Below, piece by piece: positions 22,946 to 35,905 of a stretch of 64,000 bases of DNA. Both the position numbers and the translations under genes were made by a program. Source of the stretch: Octopus bimaculoides (Eukaryota); contig NC_068989.1 in NCBI RefSeq assembly GCF_001194135.2, positions 84,716,204 to 84,780,203 of the forward strand. Direction: 5' to 3'. The notes below the pieces were generated by a model. The model worked only from the letters and a program-made list of their open reading frames with translations. It ran no database searches and had not been told where the DNA came from. The stretch's first letter is position 1, and each line of letters begins with the position of its first letter.

Positions 22946-25900
22946 ACATCAAATATGGTGTTAATTTTGACGATGTTAGTGGTTATGAGGATGATAATAG
23001 TATGATGTGTTATTTATAAATATTTAATGTAATACTGGTCCTGTCATATAAATTTGCTCAACGATTCAACAAATATGGAATCTAAGGGACATAACCACCG
23101 CCAGTAACTACTTTCATTTTCTCTCCTATGGTGTTTATTTATGAAAGAAAGAGCGGAGGGGAGGAAATATCCCTACTACCACCCCTGTCGTCACCACCAT
23201 CACCCTAACATCAGAAATTCATTTTGCCCCTGTACTACCACTCTCACTTCTTTCCTCCACTCGGTTATATTGTAAAATGTCACCCCAACCAAGCCCACCA
23301 CCGCCAAAAAAAAAAAACCATCTCCGCTAAAGATGAAAGTGAAACTGTTGTCAAAACTTCACGTTACAACACATAACTATTAATAATCCCCCGATGAGGT
23401 AGCATCAAATGGGATTATCACCTGTCTTCAGATAATCCCCAGTGGAGGAGGAGGTGGTGGTAATGTACAAGATATGAAGGACCTACTGGGTGGTATGTGT
23501 TGAAACAGTACTGTTGCTGGTGGCGGTGGCGGTGGTGGTGGTGGTGGTAGTAGTAGTAGTAGTGACGGTGGCGACGGACCACCGTGTTGATAGTATTAGA
23601 AGTTGAAGGTGATGTGTATATATATATTTTTTCATTTGTTTCAGTCATTTGACTGTGGCCATACTGGAGCATCGCCTTTAGTCGAGCAAATCGACCCCAG
23701 GACTTATATATACATACACACACACACATTTACATCATATAATGTTGTTTGTATAAATATATACATATGTGTGTGTGTACGAATATGCAACAATGTATGT
23801 ATATTTATATATGTGCATATATATATACGCACGCACACACACGTGTGTATGTATACATCATTTATCGTTTGCATTCCATTCTGGGTCGGATAGGACAGTC
23901 TCCGAGGAGCCAGAGGATTGCATTGCGCTGTCTGCTTCGGTATCTTTTGCTATGGCTGGATGCCCTTTCTAAGGCCCACCACTTTAAAGAGCGTGCTGGG
24001 TGCCATTTTCGTAGCACGGAAACTAGTGAGGTCACCAAAAAAAGTGCAGGGCCCCTGAACTGAGGGTGGTGGCTTTATGCCACGTGTTGAGAGACTAAAA
24101 AATGATAGAGGGACAGGAACGGGTGTCTTGTGATATAGTGACACAAATGTGAAATAGATAAATATATACACATGCACACATGTATATACGTACACATACA
24201 TGTTCATATGTATATAAATTGGTGTATATACATGTATGTACATAAATATGTGCTTATATATGAGTAGGTCATGATCTCGTATACGTATATATAACTATAT
24301 ACTTGCACATACATGTATCTGTATTTGACTATATATGTGTGCGTGCATTGCTTTACGCAGAAAAAGCAGTGTATATATATATATATATATATATACATAC
24401 ATACTGTTTTTTCAGCGTACAGCAAAGAACACAGGGAAACCCTCAATATGTGGCCCTAGTCAAGCAGCGCGCGTGCGCTCACACATCAAACGTGATAAAT
24501 CAATGAATCAACCAATCGATGTCAATTACAGTGAACCTACTTCCTGTTAGATACGACTATGTGTCCCTCTGCTGGGGCCAGCAGTCAACTATGTCCCCTT
24601 TCCTCTCGCTATTTAGTCATTGCAGGCTGCTGGTATCACATTCGACTCCCTCTCGTTCTTTCTCTCTTTCATTCTCTTTCACAATTTCCCTTTCGATTGG
24701 TCGTGGTTGGAGAAATTTCAGTGAATGGTTTGTGAGTAGGTGAATGTGTGTGTGTGTGTGTTTGTATTAGTGTATGGTTTAACATTTATTTGTGTGTAAT
24801 ACAATATTAGGATAAAGACTTTATAAGAATTTATCAAGCAGTTAGCGTGAAAAAAACATCAATTTTTTCCATAAATATATTTAATTTTTATAAAGGCATT
24901 ACTATACAATAATGCCTCACGCTAAGAGGGACTCCATAAGTCAAAACTACTAAAATATTTGTGTGTATGTGTGTGAGAGTATGTCTTTATTATGTTTTCT
25001 TAGCTTTTATAAGTTCCACTCACTGGAGAGCGAGCAATGCTAAAGGTATTAGTTTCACCGATATCTACATCATATCAATAATTGATCCCAGCACTTATTT
25101 TATTGATCTCTATTCATTGAATGGCTAAGTTACATTCTGACTTAAATGATACACGATTTGCACTCTCACACACACATGTATCTTAAGGGCTTCCAAAATT
25201 TCTCTCAAATGCCACAAGATAATGTTCATCACGACTTAGCACTCGCTACATGTGATCCAGGATCGTTCATCGTTCCATGCTGTATGTCATCTTTTGAAAA
25301 GCCATGAGCCCCACAACATCCCATTTCTCTATTCCCTTCAAATGCGAGTCAAGCTTTTCTTGGGGAAAAGGGAGCAAAGAAATCGATATTAGCCTTTGTT
25401 CTACGCATGCGCGTCATAGCTAGGGTTGCGCTTATCTGCACACACGCATACACGCACGCATTAAAATGGAGACTGTGATGTGGTTGCTCGCTCAACCTGC
25501 TAGAAACAGCAGCCAAAATTGTATCTTAAATCATACCCTACCGTTTTATAAAGGACAGGTTGAATAATGTAGTCTGCGGTATATTATGCCTGAACAAAAG
25601 ACAGGATGGTGACATTTCGAACAGGAGGGCGTGCTTTGGGGGTTAATTAACAATACAAACATACACACTGGGACATCACACACATAACATTTGTGCCTAT
25701 ATACACTTACGTACGCCTTCAAGGATCTGCATGTATGTACACTAGCGTATTAACACATGCACACACTCGCACGTATACTCTTAGTTCTATACAAAGCTAT
25801 ACATACACACACTAGGACATCAACACGTACTTAGCCATACTAAGACACACACAGACGTATACATGTATGCATACATAGTCTTGTACAAATGTACAAACAT

Positions 25901-26697
25901 GCTCTGTTGGGGACGGACGGGCATACATACACACACACGTACATTAATGTAGCCCTGATCAGATCACTAGGACATCTAAACTTGTACACGTTAGACGCTT
26001 ACATGCACGCACATAACCATTTTTTTTTTTGGTTGCTAGGCAACCAATTGATGCAGTTTTACCACAGATGTCTGTCATCATCATCATCGCAACTAGTACA
26101 TGAATATTAAAGTCTTAAAATAGCAACAGCATTTGTCCCCTTTTTTAATGACTGACTGACTGACAGTGTCGGGAGGAAGGGTGAGAGTAGTGGTGATGGG
26201 GGAATGGGGCTAGGGGTGTTGTATAGCCCCAGGTCAGCTCTCTTTGAGCAAACCTATGATGAAAAAGCATTTCGATCTCGACCATCCGGTCTCTTCTTCA
26301 GGCATAGTCTACCTTGGATCGTATCGTCCAACGCCTCCTTTCACATCTTTAAATAAGGTAGCGTGAGATTTGACTGCTACTTCTAGCAGGTTCAGCAACC
26401 ATTTAGAGGCTCCTTTGTTGGTGATGACAGTAGCGGGGGGAGGAGGGAGGAATCTGTGGTGGGTGTGACAGTATACGGTGGTGGCGGAGAGCGGAGGGAG
26501 GGACCAGGACTTGGTCTTCATGCGATTGTTAAGGGATCGGAGAAGTGTGGGGGGGGGGATTAAATTAAGGATTGGGAGATGACTGGTGGTAGAACTGGTA
26601 ATGGTAGGGTACCAGTGGAGGAGGGGGTGGGTCACTATTATTATCACACATACAATATGTATGTGTGTATATGTATTTATATACACANNNNNNNNNN

Positions 26698-26736
<39 letters not shown>

Positions 26737-28186
26737 TATATATATATACACACACACACCGACTGACATTTTCCTTATTTCCTATATATTGTAATTATGT
26801 TTTCATTGTGACTCTGAGATATAATGGTAGCGATGGTGGGGTGGGGTGGGGGCTCTAGTGGCGATGGGGATGGGTAGGGACTATAGTAGCGGTGGCGGTG
26901 GGGCTGCTGCTGTTCTCTCCCCCATCTCTCTAATGGGGGTTGGAATGGTGTTTGAGGGGAGTGGTGGCAACTGGGGGGGAGGAAAGTAGCTATGGTGGAC
27001 GAGGAGGAGGGAGGGGATGTTGTGGTATGGTGTGGCTATTGCCATGGCGGCGGCGGTGCCGATGGTGGTGATGTGATGTGGCACTCGCAATGATTGTTGG
27101 CGGTGGGTAAAGAGGATTCTGGTAGTGATGATGGGGATGTGGAGGTTGCAGTGATGGTGGTGAAGACGGTGGTGGTGGTGTGAGGAGTTAGATTTCTATC
27201 AAGAACACATCACTTTAGTATTGAAGTCAAGTACTTTGGCTTCCTGGATCAATAACACCGCCACCACCACCACCACCTCCACCTCCACCGTCGCTGCTGC
27301 TGTCTTCAACCCTGTTTCCACCACTAATAGCATCAGCACTGCTGCTGTTGTTAGTGCTGCTGCCGCCGCTGCCAATTCCTCGCTGCCACTGCTGTTGCTG
27401 TTAATACCACCACCACCACCACCACTGTCCCATAGACATATTTCCTTTTTCTTTTCCCCCTGCCTAACATCTCTATATTCTCTCTCTCTCTCTATCTCGC
27501 TATCGTTTTATCCATCTATCTACCGTTTTATCTATCTTTCTATCTATCTGTCTATCATTTTATCTAGCTCACTATCTCTTTGCATGTGTTCCTAAGTATG
27601 TTTCTCTTTATTTGTGAACGTTTGTGACACTGTACGTATAAGTCTGCAACTGTGTGTGTGTGTGTATTTTTGTGTAATCGTGTGTTTGTGTATGTGTGTG
27701 TCCACTTCCAACAACCACTGCCCTGCAATATATAATCAGCCTACACCACTGCCTTGTCCTATGTCAGATGTTATAACCTTCTTACTGCGATTGGAACCTT
27801 ATTTGGGGGTTTAGTAGGGTAGTTAGGGACTAGGCAATACAATTTGATACTAAACCCTAAAAAAAAAATTTTAATAACGATATATAATTTTGCCAAGGTT
27901 CCATGAGTTTGTCAAGTAGAAGCAAATGTGTGTGTAGTTTTCTATCAAAAGGGCCTAATGAATGACTGGTATCTATTTCATTGACACTCCAGTGGAGTGA
28001 TACATGAAGATGAGCTTTGGTGAGATTTGAAACTCTGACTAAAAATTGGCAGACATTGTTTTGTGGATGTTAAACATACACTACAGGCCAGTGAGTGTCA
28101 GACTCCACTCCACATACCAGCTGGTGTATGTCACTGAGTGTGAAATTTCACTCCACATACCAGCTAGCATGACAACTAAATGGTTC

Positions 28187-30010
28187 CTGATGGATCACAT
28201 GCATAACAAAACATAATAAAGTGCACAATATGTAATTCAATTACTTCATGTATAATGCATATCTATCACATGGCTGTGTGGTAAGTATCTTGCTTACCAA
28301 CCACATGGTTCTGGATTCAGTCCCACTGTGTGGCACCTTGGGCAAGTGTCTTCTACTATAGCCTCGGGCCGACCAAAGCCTTGTGAGTGGATTTGGTAGA
28401 TGGAAACTGAAAGAAGCCCGTCGTATATATATGTATATATATATATANNNNNNNNNNNNNNNNNNNNNNNNNNNNNNNNNNNNNNNNNNNNNNNNNNNNN
28501 NNNNNNNNNNNNNNNNNNNNNNNNNNNNNNNNNNNNNNNNNNNNNNNNNNNNNNNNNNNNNNNNNNNNNNNNNNNNNNNNNNNNNNNNNNNNNNNNNNNN
28601 NNNNNNNNNNNNNNNNNNNNNNNNNNNNNNNNNNNNNNNNNNNNNNNNNNNNNNNNNNNNNNNNAACTAAAGGCGGTGCTCCAGCATGGCCACAGTCAAA
28701 TGACTGAAAAGTGTAAAAGAGTAAATATTTTGAGTATTGTAGAAATATAAACCAGTTCATTGCCAATAAATTTTAAAAGTAAAATCATATATGGACCTCC
28801 CCCCCCCCAAGGGTCATACGGACCCCACATGAGAAACCCTCATGTGCAGGCTCCTTTATTGGCTTCTCAGGCTGTGGTAGTAGAGTGCTGTTCGGTGTGA
28901 CTTTGTCAGTCTCTGTCTGTGTGTGTAACAGCATTGTAACATGGCATTACTGGATCTTTGTAGAAAGTCAACACCTGATCAGGTCTGGAGTTTTTTTCTG
29001 GCACCCAAGGGGAAGAAGGCTCGTCTTTTGGATGTAGTTTAGAATGTTTGTCTCTGAGAAACAGCAGCAACACTGTCCAGACATGTGGTCTGGTCTGTCT
29101 GTGTGTTTAGCAACAGCAACAACTATCCCAGACAGTTGAGCAATGCTGTAATGTGATGTATACGTGTTTAACAGCAGTACGATGTGGATTTGTGAACAGT
29201 ACCATAATGTGGCTTTAGGATGTCTATGCATGCAACAACAGCACTGCCCCATATATAAGAACCGTATCATGATGTCATCTAAGATGTTTGTGTTAGAGCA
29301 CCATTAGCCCAGATAGAAAAACAATATTGTAATATGGTCTACAGTGTTTATATATGTAACAGCGGCACTGTCAAAGATATGGAAGCAGTACTGTAATATG
29401 GTTTGTTATATTTGTATGTGTAACAGCAGCTGTAGCAGCAGCAGCACTGTCCCAGACATGTGATGTAGGTTTCTTCCACCTGTACTTTGTTTAGATCAGG
29501 AGTTCCCAAGCACCAGTCTGCAGACCAGTGCCAGGCCATGAATCAGTTTGGTACCAGGCCTCACAGGAAGAATAAATTTCTAGATTTTATTTCTGTTTTA
29601 TTGACTATCACAGTTTGCTGGGTGTTTTTGCAATATATTCTTTGTAAGCCTAGTACTTATTCTATCAGTCTCTTTTGCTGAACCGCTAAGTTACGGGGAC
29701 ATAAACACACCAGCATCGGTTGTCAATGTTGGTGGGACAAACATATACACACACGTACATAAATATATACGACGAGCCTCTTTCAGCTTCCGTCTGTCTA
29801 CCAAATCCACTCATAAGGCTTTGGTCAGCCCGAGGCTATAGTAGAAGACACTTGCCCAAGGTACCACGCAGTGGGACTGAACCCAGAACCATGTGGCTGG
29901 TAAGCAAGATACTTACCACACAGCCATGTGATAGATATGCATTATACATGAAGTAATTGAATTACATATTGTGCACTTTATTATGTTTTGTTATGCATGT
30001 GATCCATCAG
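28187..30010. repeat. 113-bp identical inverted repeat pair (28187-28299 / 29898-30010), each continuing into an inverted family A SINE
   Basis: Exact reverse-complement match of ctgatggatcacatgcataac...gtaagtatcttgcttacca. The SINE bodies beyond the match differ at about ten sites. Confidence 0.9.
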
Positions 30011-30072
30011 TCTGTGGGAAAATTGTCTTGCATGGAACTGGTCTGTGGTGCCAAAAAGGTTAGGGAGTGCTG
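30011..30072 (-). mobile_element. hAT/Charlie (MER1-like) terminus
   Basis: tctgtgggaaaattgtcttgcatggaactggtctgtggtgccaaaaaggttagggagtgctg resembles the Charlie-type end ...ggtgccaaaaaggttggggaccgctg. A possible partner left end lies near 29495. Confidence 0.55.
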
Positions 30073-30774
30073 CCTTAGAAGACATTTTTGTTTACATTCC
30101 AATAAAAGATTCTTCCCAACTGTGCTGCTATCTTCCATGCTTGTGTGTTATCTTGGAGGGAGTGAGCTAATGTACAGTGGAGATTGATTCACTAAGATAA
30201 TCATTTGTGTGGGTTGTTCAATAAGGTACGGAACCCTGGTCTGTCATTTACAACAGGAGTCATATGTGTGTGTGTACCAGGGCTGTGGAATCGGAGCTGG
30301 AAAGGATTAAGGAGTAGCTGGAGTCGGAGTTGGTAAAATAGACCACAATCACTTAATTACATAGAGGGGTCAGGTTCGAAGTTTTTTGTTTCGACTACAC
30401 AACCCTGATATATACAAATGTACACATACAAGTAAGTGTATACATGCAAAAGAAGTTGGAAAAAAAATAGTACTCAAATACCAAAGGTAGAATAATGTAT
30501 TATTTATTAAAGCCTCCAAAATTTTCAAACTGTTACTCAGAGTACATGCACACAAACTCACTCCCCCAAATGCACACATAACGTGTATGTGTGTGTATAT
30601 CTATATGTTTATACAGTTTGATTTACATTACACGACAAAGAACCAGTATTTAGAACTACATGTGCATTCTTATATATCCAAAGAGAACTTGTATTACTGT
30701 TCAAGTTTTCTTTGAATGCTTTCTATAGTTTGAAGATCACAGAGTACATATAGAAAAAAAAAAAAATAAACAGT

Positions 30775-31136
30775 TTTGTCCATAAATTATTTAGCAACAT
30801 CATCTGTCACAAGTTTCATTAATAATGAAAAGATCTATGATGTAAAGAAAGCCTTATAAGCAAATTATATCAAATCTTCAGAGATTGCATAACTCTCATT
30901 AGTAAGTTTTATTGGTTATACTTGACTCCAGACAGTTTTGGTAACAATGACATAATGACTGTAGTTATGGTTATTGATCTCATAATACTGTCTAGAGTTC
31001 AACATAAATATTAAAAATTACTCATGGGAGTTACACAGTCTCTGAAGATTTGATAATATAATCTGCTTATGTAATGGATATTTTCTTTATTATTAATGAA
31101 ATACTTGGAAGATGATCTAAATAATTTATGAACAAA
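30775..31136. repeat. Degenerate ~360-bp fold-back (old palindromic MITE-like)
   Basis: The arms align in blocks: cataaattatttag / ctaaataatttatg; tttcattaataat / attattaatgaaa; ttatatcaaatcttcagaga / tctctgaagatttgatataa; ttgactccagacagt / actgtctagagttcaa. The centre is near 30960. Confidence 0.85.
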
Positions 31137-31149
31137 GAATAAACTCTCC

Positions 31150-31216
<67 letters not shown>

Positions 31217-31311
31217 CTGGCTTCTTTCAGTTATTAAATTTACTCACAATGGGACCAAACCCAAAACCATGTGGTTGGGAAATGAACTTCTTAACCACAG
31301 CCATGCATGTT

Positions 31312-31342
<31 letters not shown>

Positions 31343-31833
31343 AGTCAGGCATGAAGTGTCATGATCCTTTAAAGGGCCTTGGGGGTGGGGGAAATATCCT
31401 CTAACCAGAGACATGGTCCAAATGAATGCAACAGAGTAGACTTTCCTAAAGACCTTGAAGATGCAAGATGGTGCTGGTGGGGTTAGACCAACTGAGGGAT
31501 TAAGTCTACAACTCAGGGAGGACAAAGAACTAGGTTTAATACCACAAAGCATCCAGCTGCAGAAAATTAGAAAATGTCTTTCATTAAAATTTTATTTGGT
31601 CGATGCAAGCATGGAATTGTGGACATTGCAATGCTGGTGCAATGTGGGGTTAACCTTACTTACCAACTATGTGGTCTCAGGTTCAGTCCCACTGCGTAGT
31701 ACCTTTAACCAATATCTTCTATTATAGCTTCAGGCTGAACATGAACAAAGCTTCATGAGTGGATTTAGTTGACGAAAACTGAAAGAAGCTTGTCGTGTGT
31801 GTGTTACTCTTGTTTTGACATCACATGATGGTT

Positions 31834-32081
31834 TTAACCCTTATATACCCCTGGTTGCGTTTTCGCAATGCAAAACCTGCTCCTACTTGTTTGGACATAA
31901 ACTTGCCAGGAAGCATCTGACTGAGCAGAGCATACGAAATGTTCAGTTGATAGTTGACACTCGTAGCTAACAGTTGCATCTTGTCCTTCTTTTCCTGATT
32001 GTAATTAGCTTACCATAATGTTTAATCTAAAAACAGTAAAATGTTAAGGCTTAATTTTTATCATGGGCATATATGGGTTAA
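31834..32081. mobile_element. piggyBac-like MITE
   Basis: TTAA at both ends. TIR TTAAcccttatatacccc vs reverse complement TTAAcccatatatgccca (15/18 match). Confidence 0.65.
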
Positions 32082-32282
32082 GTGAACATCACTGTCATAC
32101 TGGTGTTGTTGTTTGTTTACTGTGTTCTGAAGAAAACATATCTGGCCATTGGGAAATATTACCTTACTTGGAAACAGATGAGAATGGGCAACAGAAAAGG
32201 CTTCATATGTTGGAAGTGGAATTTTGTGAAGATCATATATGTGTGTTTGGGTCTGTTTGTGTATATTTGTATATATATGTAC

Positions 32283-32336
<54 letters not shown>

Positions 32337-32849
32337 NNNNNNNNNNNNNNNNNNNNNNNNNNNNNNNNNNNNNNNNNNNNNNNNNNNNNNNNNNNNNNNN
32401 NNNNNNNNNNNNNNNNNNNNNNNNNNNNNNNNNNNNNNNNNNNNNNATATAAACTGCAGCACCTTCAGGCGTACCTTTACATTCAAAATGAGACTTAGCT
32501 ATTCAACAGAGGTCAATAAAATAACCAATTGAAACAAGTATTGCATTAGGCATGACAGGCTGAAACCCTGTATTTAAATGTGTATAAGGAACCCCGTAAT
32601 TTTGGGGGCTTGAAATTTGGAAAAAAAGGTCTTATAAGGGATTATAATACTATCCATGTATAAGAAACTCCCCATATTTTTTTAACCTAATTATTGACAA
32701 AAAGGGGGCTCCATATACATGTTGAAATACGGTACATACAGATACCCCACTCTGTATCCCTGGAGATATTTCTACCCATATTAACAATAAAGTTTTCTTC
32801 AGTCCTTAAATCATACGTTCCACCCTCATCCCACCCTCACCATTCTTAC

Positions 32850-33250
32850 CATGGAAACTCTTCACACTCCCTTCCTTTCATATACTTCCTTCTATCTCTC
32901 TCTCTCCCTCTCCCTCTCTCACTCTTATTCATTCATCTCTTTACATCTACTTCCCCTCTCTCCTTACTCTCCACTATTTGTTCATACCCCCACCCCCCAC
33001 CCGCATCCATCCCATTTATTCCACTCAAGCCTCATTAATTTCCGTCAGCTTTCATGTACCGCCTTCCCACCCCTTCCACCCTGCTCAGCTCCCTTCATGT
33101 TTTCCACATTATCCTGACAGTTCTGTTATCTTGAGCAAGTATGTCACCTTTACCACCACCACTGATGATATGACTACTACCACTACTGCTGATGCTGCTG
33201 CGACAACAGCAGCAGAGGCTGCAGTTGGACTGCTTAGCATTCTCTCTCTC

Positions 33251-33281
<31 letters not shown>

Positions 33282-33376
33282 TCCTCTCTCTCTGTCAATA
33301 ATGTCACATGACCTCTTGCTGAAACTAGGGGAAAAATCTACTCCTACTACTACCATATATCCTCTCTCTATCTATC

Positions 33377-33407
<31 letters not shown>

Positions 33408-34005
33408 TTATCTTCACCACCACCTTCCCCTGTACCTTACAACTTGTGTGTGTGTGTCCCCAACTAGTCCCCACCATTGCTTTTTTTTTAACCCACCACC
33501 ACTTTCCCATTCCCTCTGCCCTCACTAAATTTTCAAAATGGGTGGCCAGCAGAAGGATGGGGGGAGAGGAGTAGGGATACCAGTTATAACATGGGGAACT
33601 ACCACCATAATCATAGCACAGGGTTGCCACAACCTGAATCAGGTTTATTTCTGCTGTAACAGAGGGCTACCACGATTGTAGTGCAGGGTTACTGCAGATG
33701 TAATTCATGGCTAGCAGCCCTTATAAAACAGGGGCTGCCTCTGCTACTAACGCAGGGGCTGCCCACAACATGTTATTAAAGGTTCCCCTACATTCTACTT
33801 CACCTTGTAACTCAGGAAGAAGAGGTTGTGATGAGTCTCTCTCCCTTTCTCTCTGTCTCTCTTTCTCTCTGTCTCTCTCTTTCTCTTTCTCGCTGTCTCT
33901 CTCTTACTCCCTACCCTTATTTCATACTCTCTCACCCCATTTTTCCACCTCTAATACTTCTCTTTCTTTCCTTCTCACTCCTCTTCTCTTTTTAAGCTCT
34001 ATACA

Positions 34006-34046
<41 letters not shown>

Positions 34047-34570
34047 CCCTTCCCTCTTATCCTCTTACTCTCACTTCTACCCTTTCTCTCTCTGTTCCTT
34101 TATCTTGGCTTTCTCTCTTTCTGTCTGTCTATCTATTACTCCCTCGCTTTCAACTCCCCTCTCTCCATATTATTTCAAGACCGCCCTTCTCTCTCTATCT
34201 CTCTCTCTCTCCTTGCCCATCTCTCCCTTACCTCTACTCACACATATTTCCACTTCTACCCACAAATACAGCATTAACCCTGCCTCACTCACACTCTCTT
34301 TTGTCATTCTCATATACCCACAGCACTCACTCAATCTCTCTTTCTCCCTTACACAAACACACACTATCTCTTCCTCCCTCTCTCTCTCTCTCACCCCTCC
34401 TTCTTCACTGTCTCTCATCTCCCTCTCTCTCTCCTTCTCTCTCCATTAATACTTTTCTCAGCAAACATCCACAGATTATCCTCCAACTACTACCATCCCC
34501 ACCACGACCTCCACCTCCAACACCACCTTACTCTCAGGTCTCTTCCTCCTACTCCCTCATCATTCCTTAG
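32850..34570 (+). repeat. Long polypyrimidine (CT)-rich low-complexity region
   Basis: (CT)n, (CTAT)n and C/T-rich tracts. The ORFs here translate as SLSLSL and are artefacts. Confidence 0.9.
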
Positions 34571-35768
34571 TCTGTTCACTATACTCCTGAATCTCATTAC
34601 TGCTACTACAACGTAGCAGCAGCAGCAGCAGCAGTAGTAGTAGTCGTAGTAGTAGTAGTAGTAGTAGTAGAGCAGGCAGTGATAAATCCTCCATTCACTT
34701 ATTCATTCTCTCATCATCCTAGCAGTAGTAGTTGTAGTAGTGAGCCAAGCCGGGCCCAAGGCTGATACTACATACTACAACAGCAGCAACACTATCACCA
34801 TCACCACCACCATCACCACCAAGGCTGGTGGTATACTTACTTACACATACCCTAATACTACACATACTACAACATCAGCAACAACCAACAAACAGCTACT
34901 TACTACACGGCTTAAGTAAAGAATGTGGAGGAACCATATTCATACTTCAGTGTAACTACACAGACACACACATACATACATACATACATACACACGCGTG
35001 CACAGTTGCACACACATGCACATACACATTGTGACCACTGCAGCCTCTTCCATCCATTGTTAGATTGGAGTTTGACTGTCTTTCTTATCATCCTCATCAT
35101 CACCAGCACCACCACCGCCATCACCAGTACCACCTCCGCCATCACCATCATCTTCGACAACCATCGCCGCCATCACCGTTTTCTACCGCTACTGCTGCTG
35201 CTGCTTCTACAGTTGTTCTATCATCCAATTTTCCACCCCCCCCCCNNNNNNNNNNNNNNNNNNNNNNNNNNNNNNNNNNNNNNNNNNNNNNNNNNNNNNN
35301 NNNNNNNNNNNNNNNNNNNNNNNNNNNNNNNNNNNNNNNNNNNNNNNNNNNNNNNNNNNNNNNNNNNNNNNNNNNNNNNNNNNNNNNNNNNNNNNNNNNN
35401 NNNNNNNNNNNNNNNNNNNNNNNNNNNNNNNNNNNNNNNNNNNNNNNNNNNNNNNNNNNNNNNNNNNNNNNNNNNNNNNNNNNNNNNNNNNNNNNNNNNN
35501 NNNNNNNAGAGAGAAAGAAAGAGAGTAAGAGAGAGAGAGAGGATCGAGGCTGCTCTGTCACACACCATAAGAACTGGTGGTCAAGCTCCCCTTGCTGCAG
35601 TTTTTTTTTTTCTCAACCCCTAAGGTGGGGGTAACACGCCCCACACACCAAAAAAAACACACACACACACATACAAAATCCAAACACAAAACAAACACTT
35701 GAAAGATTTGTATTTAAGGAAAAAAAAAACAATTATCTGACATTCACTCTCTTTATATCCACATAACA

Positions 35769-35829
<61 letters not shown>

Positions 35830-35873
35830 ATCCATACCACACACTCACAAACACACACACCCCGCACACACAC

Positions 35874-35905
<32 letters not shown>

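Noticed and set aside
27797-27806. Perfect CArG box CCTTATTTGG, tempting because MRL proteins feed into SRF signalling
   Set aside because: Several such 10-mers are expected by chance in ~60 kb of AT-rich DNA, and there is no clustering or other support.
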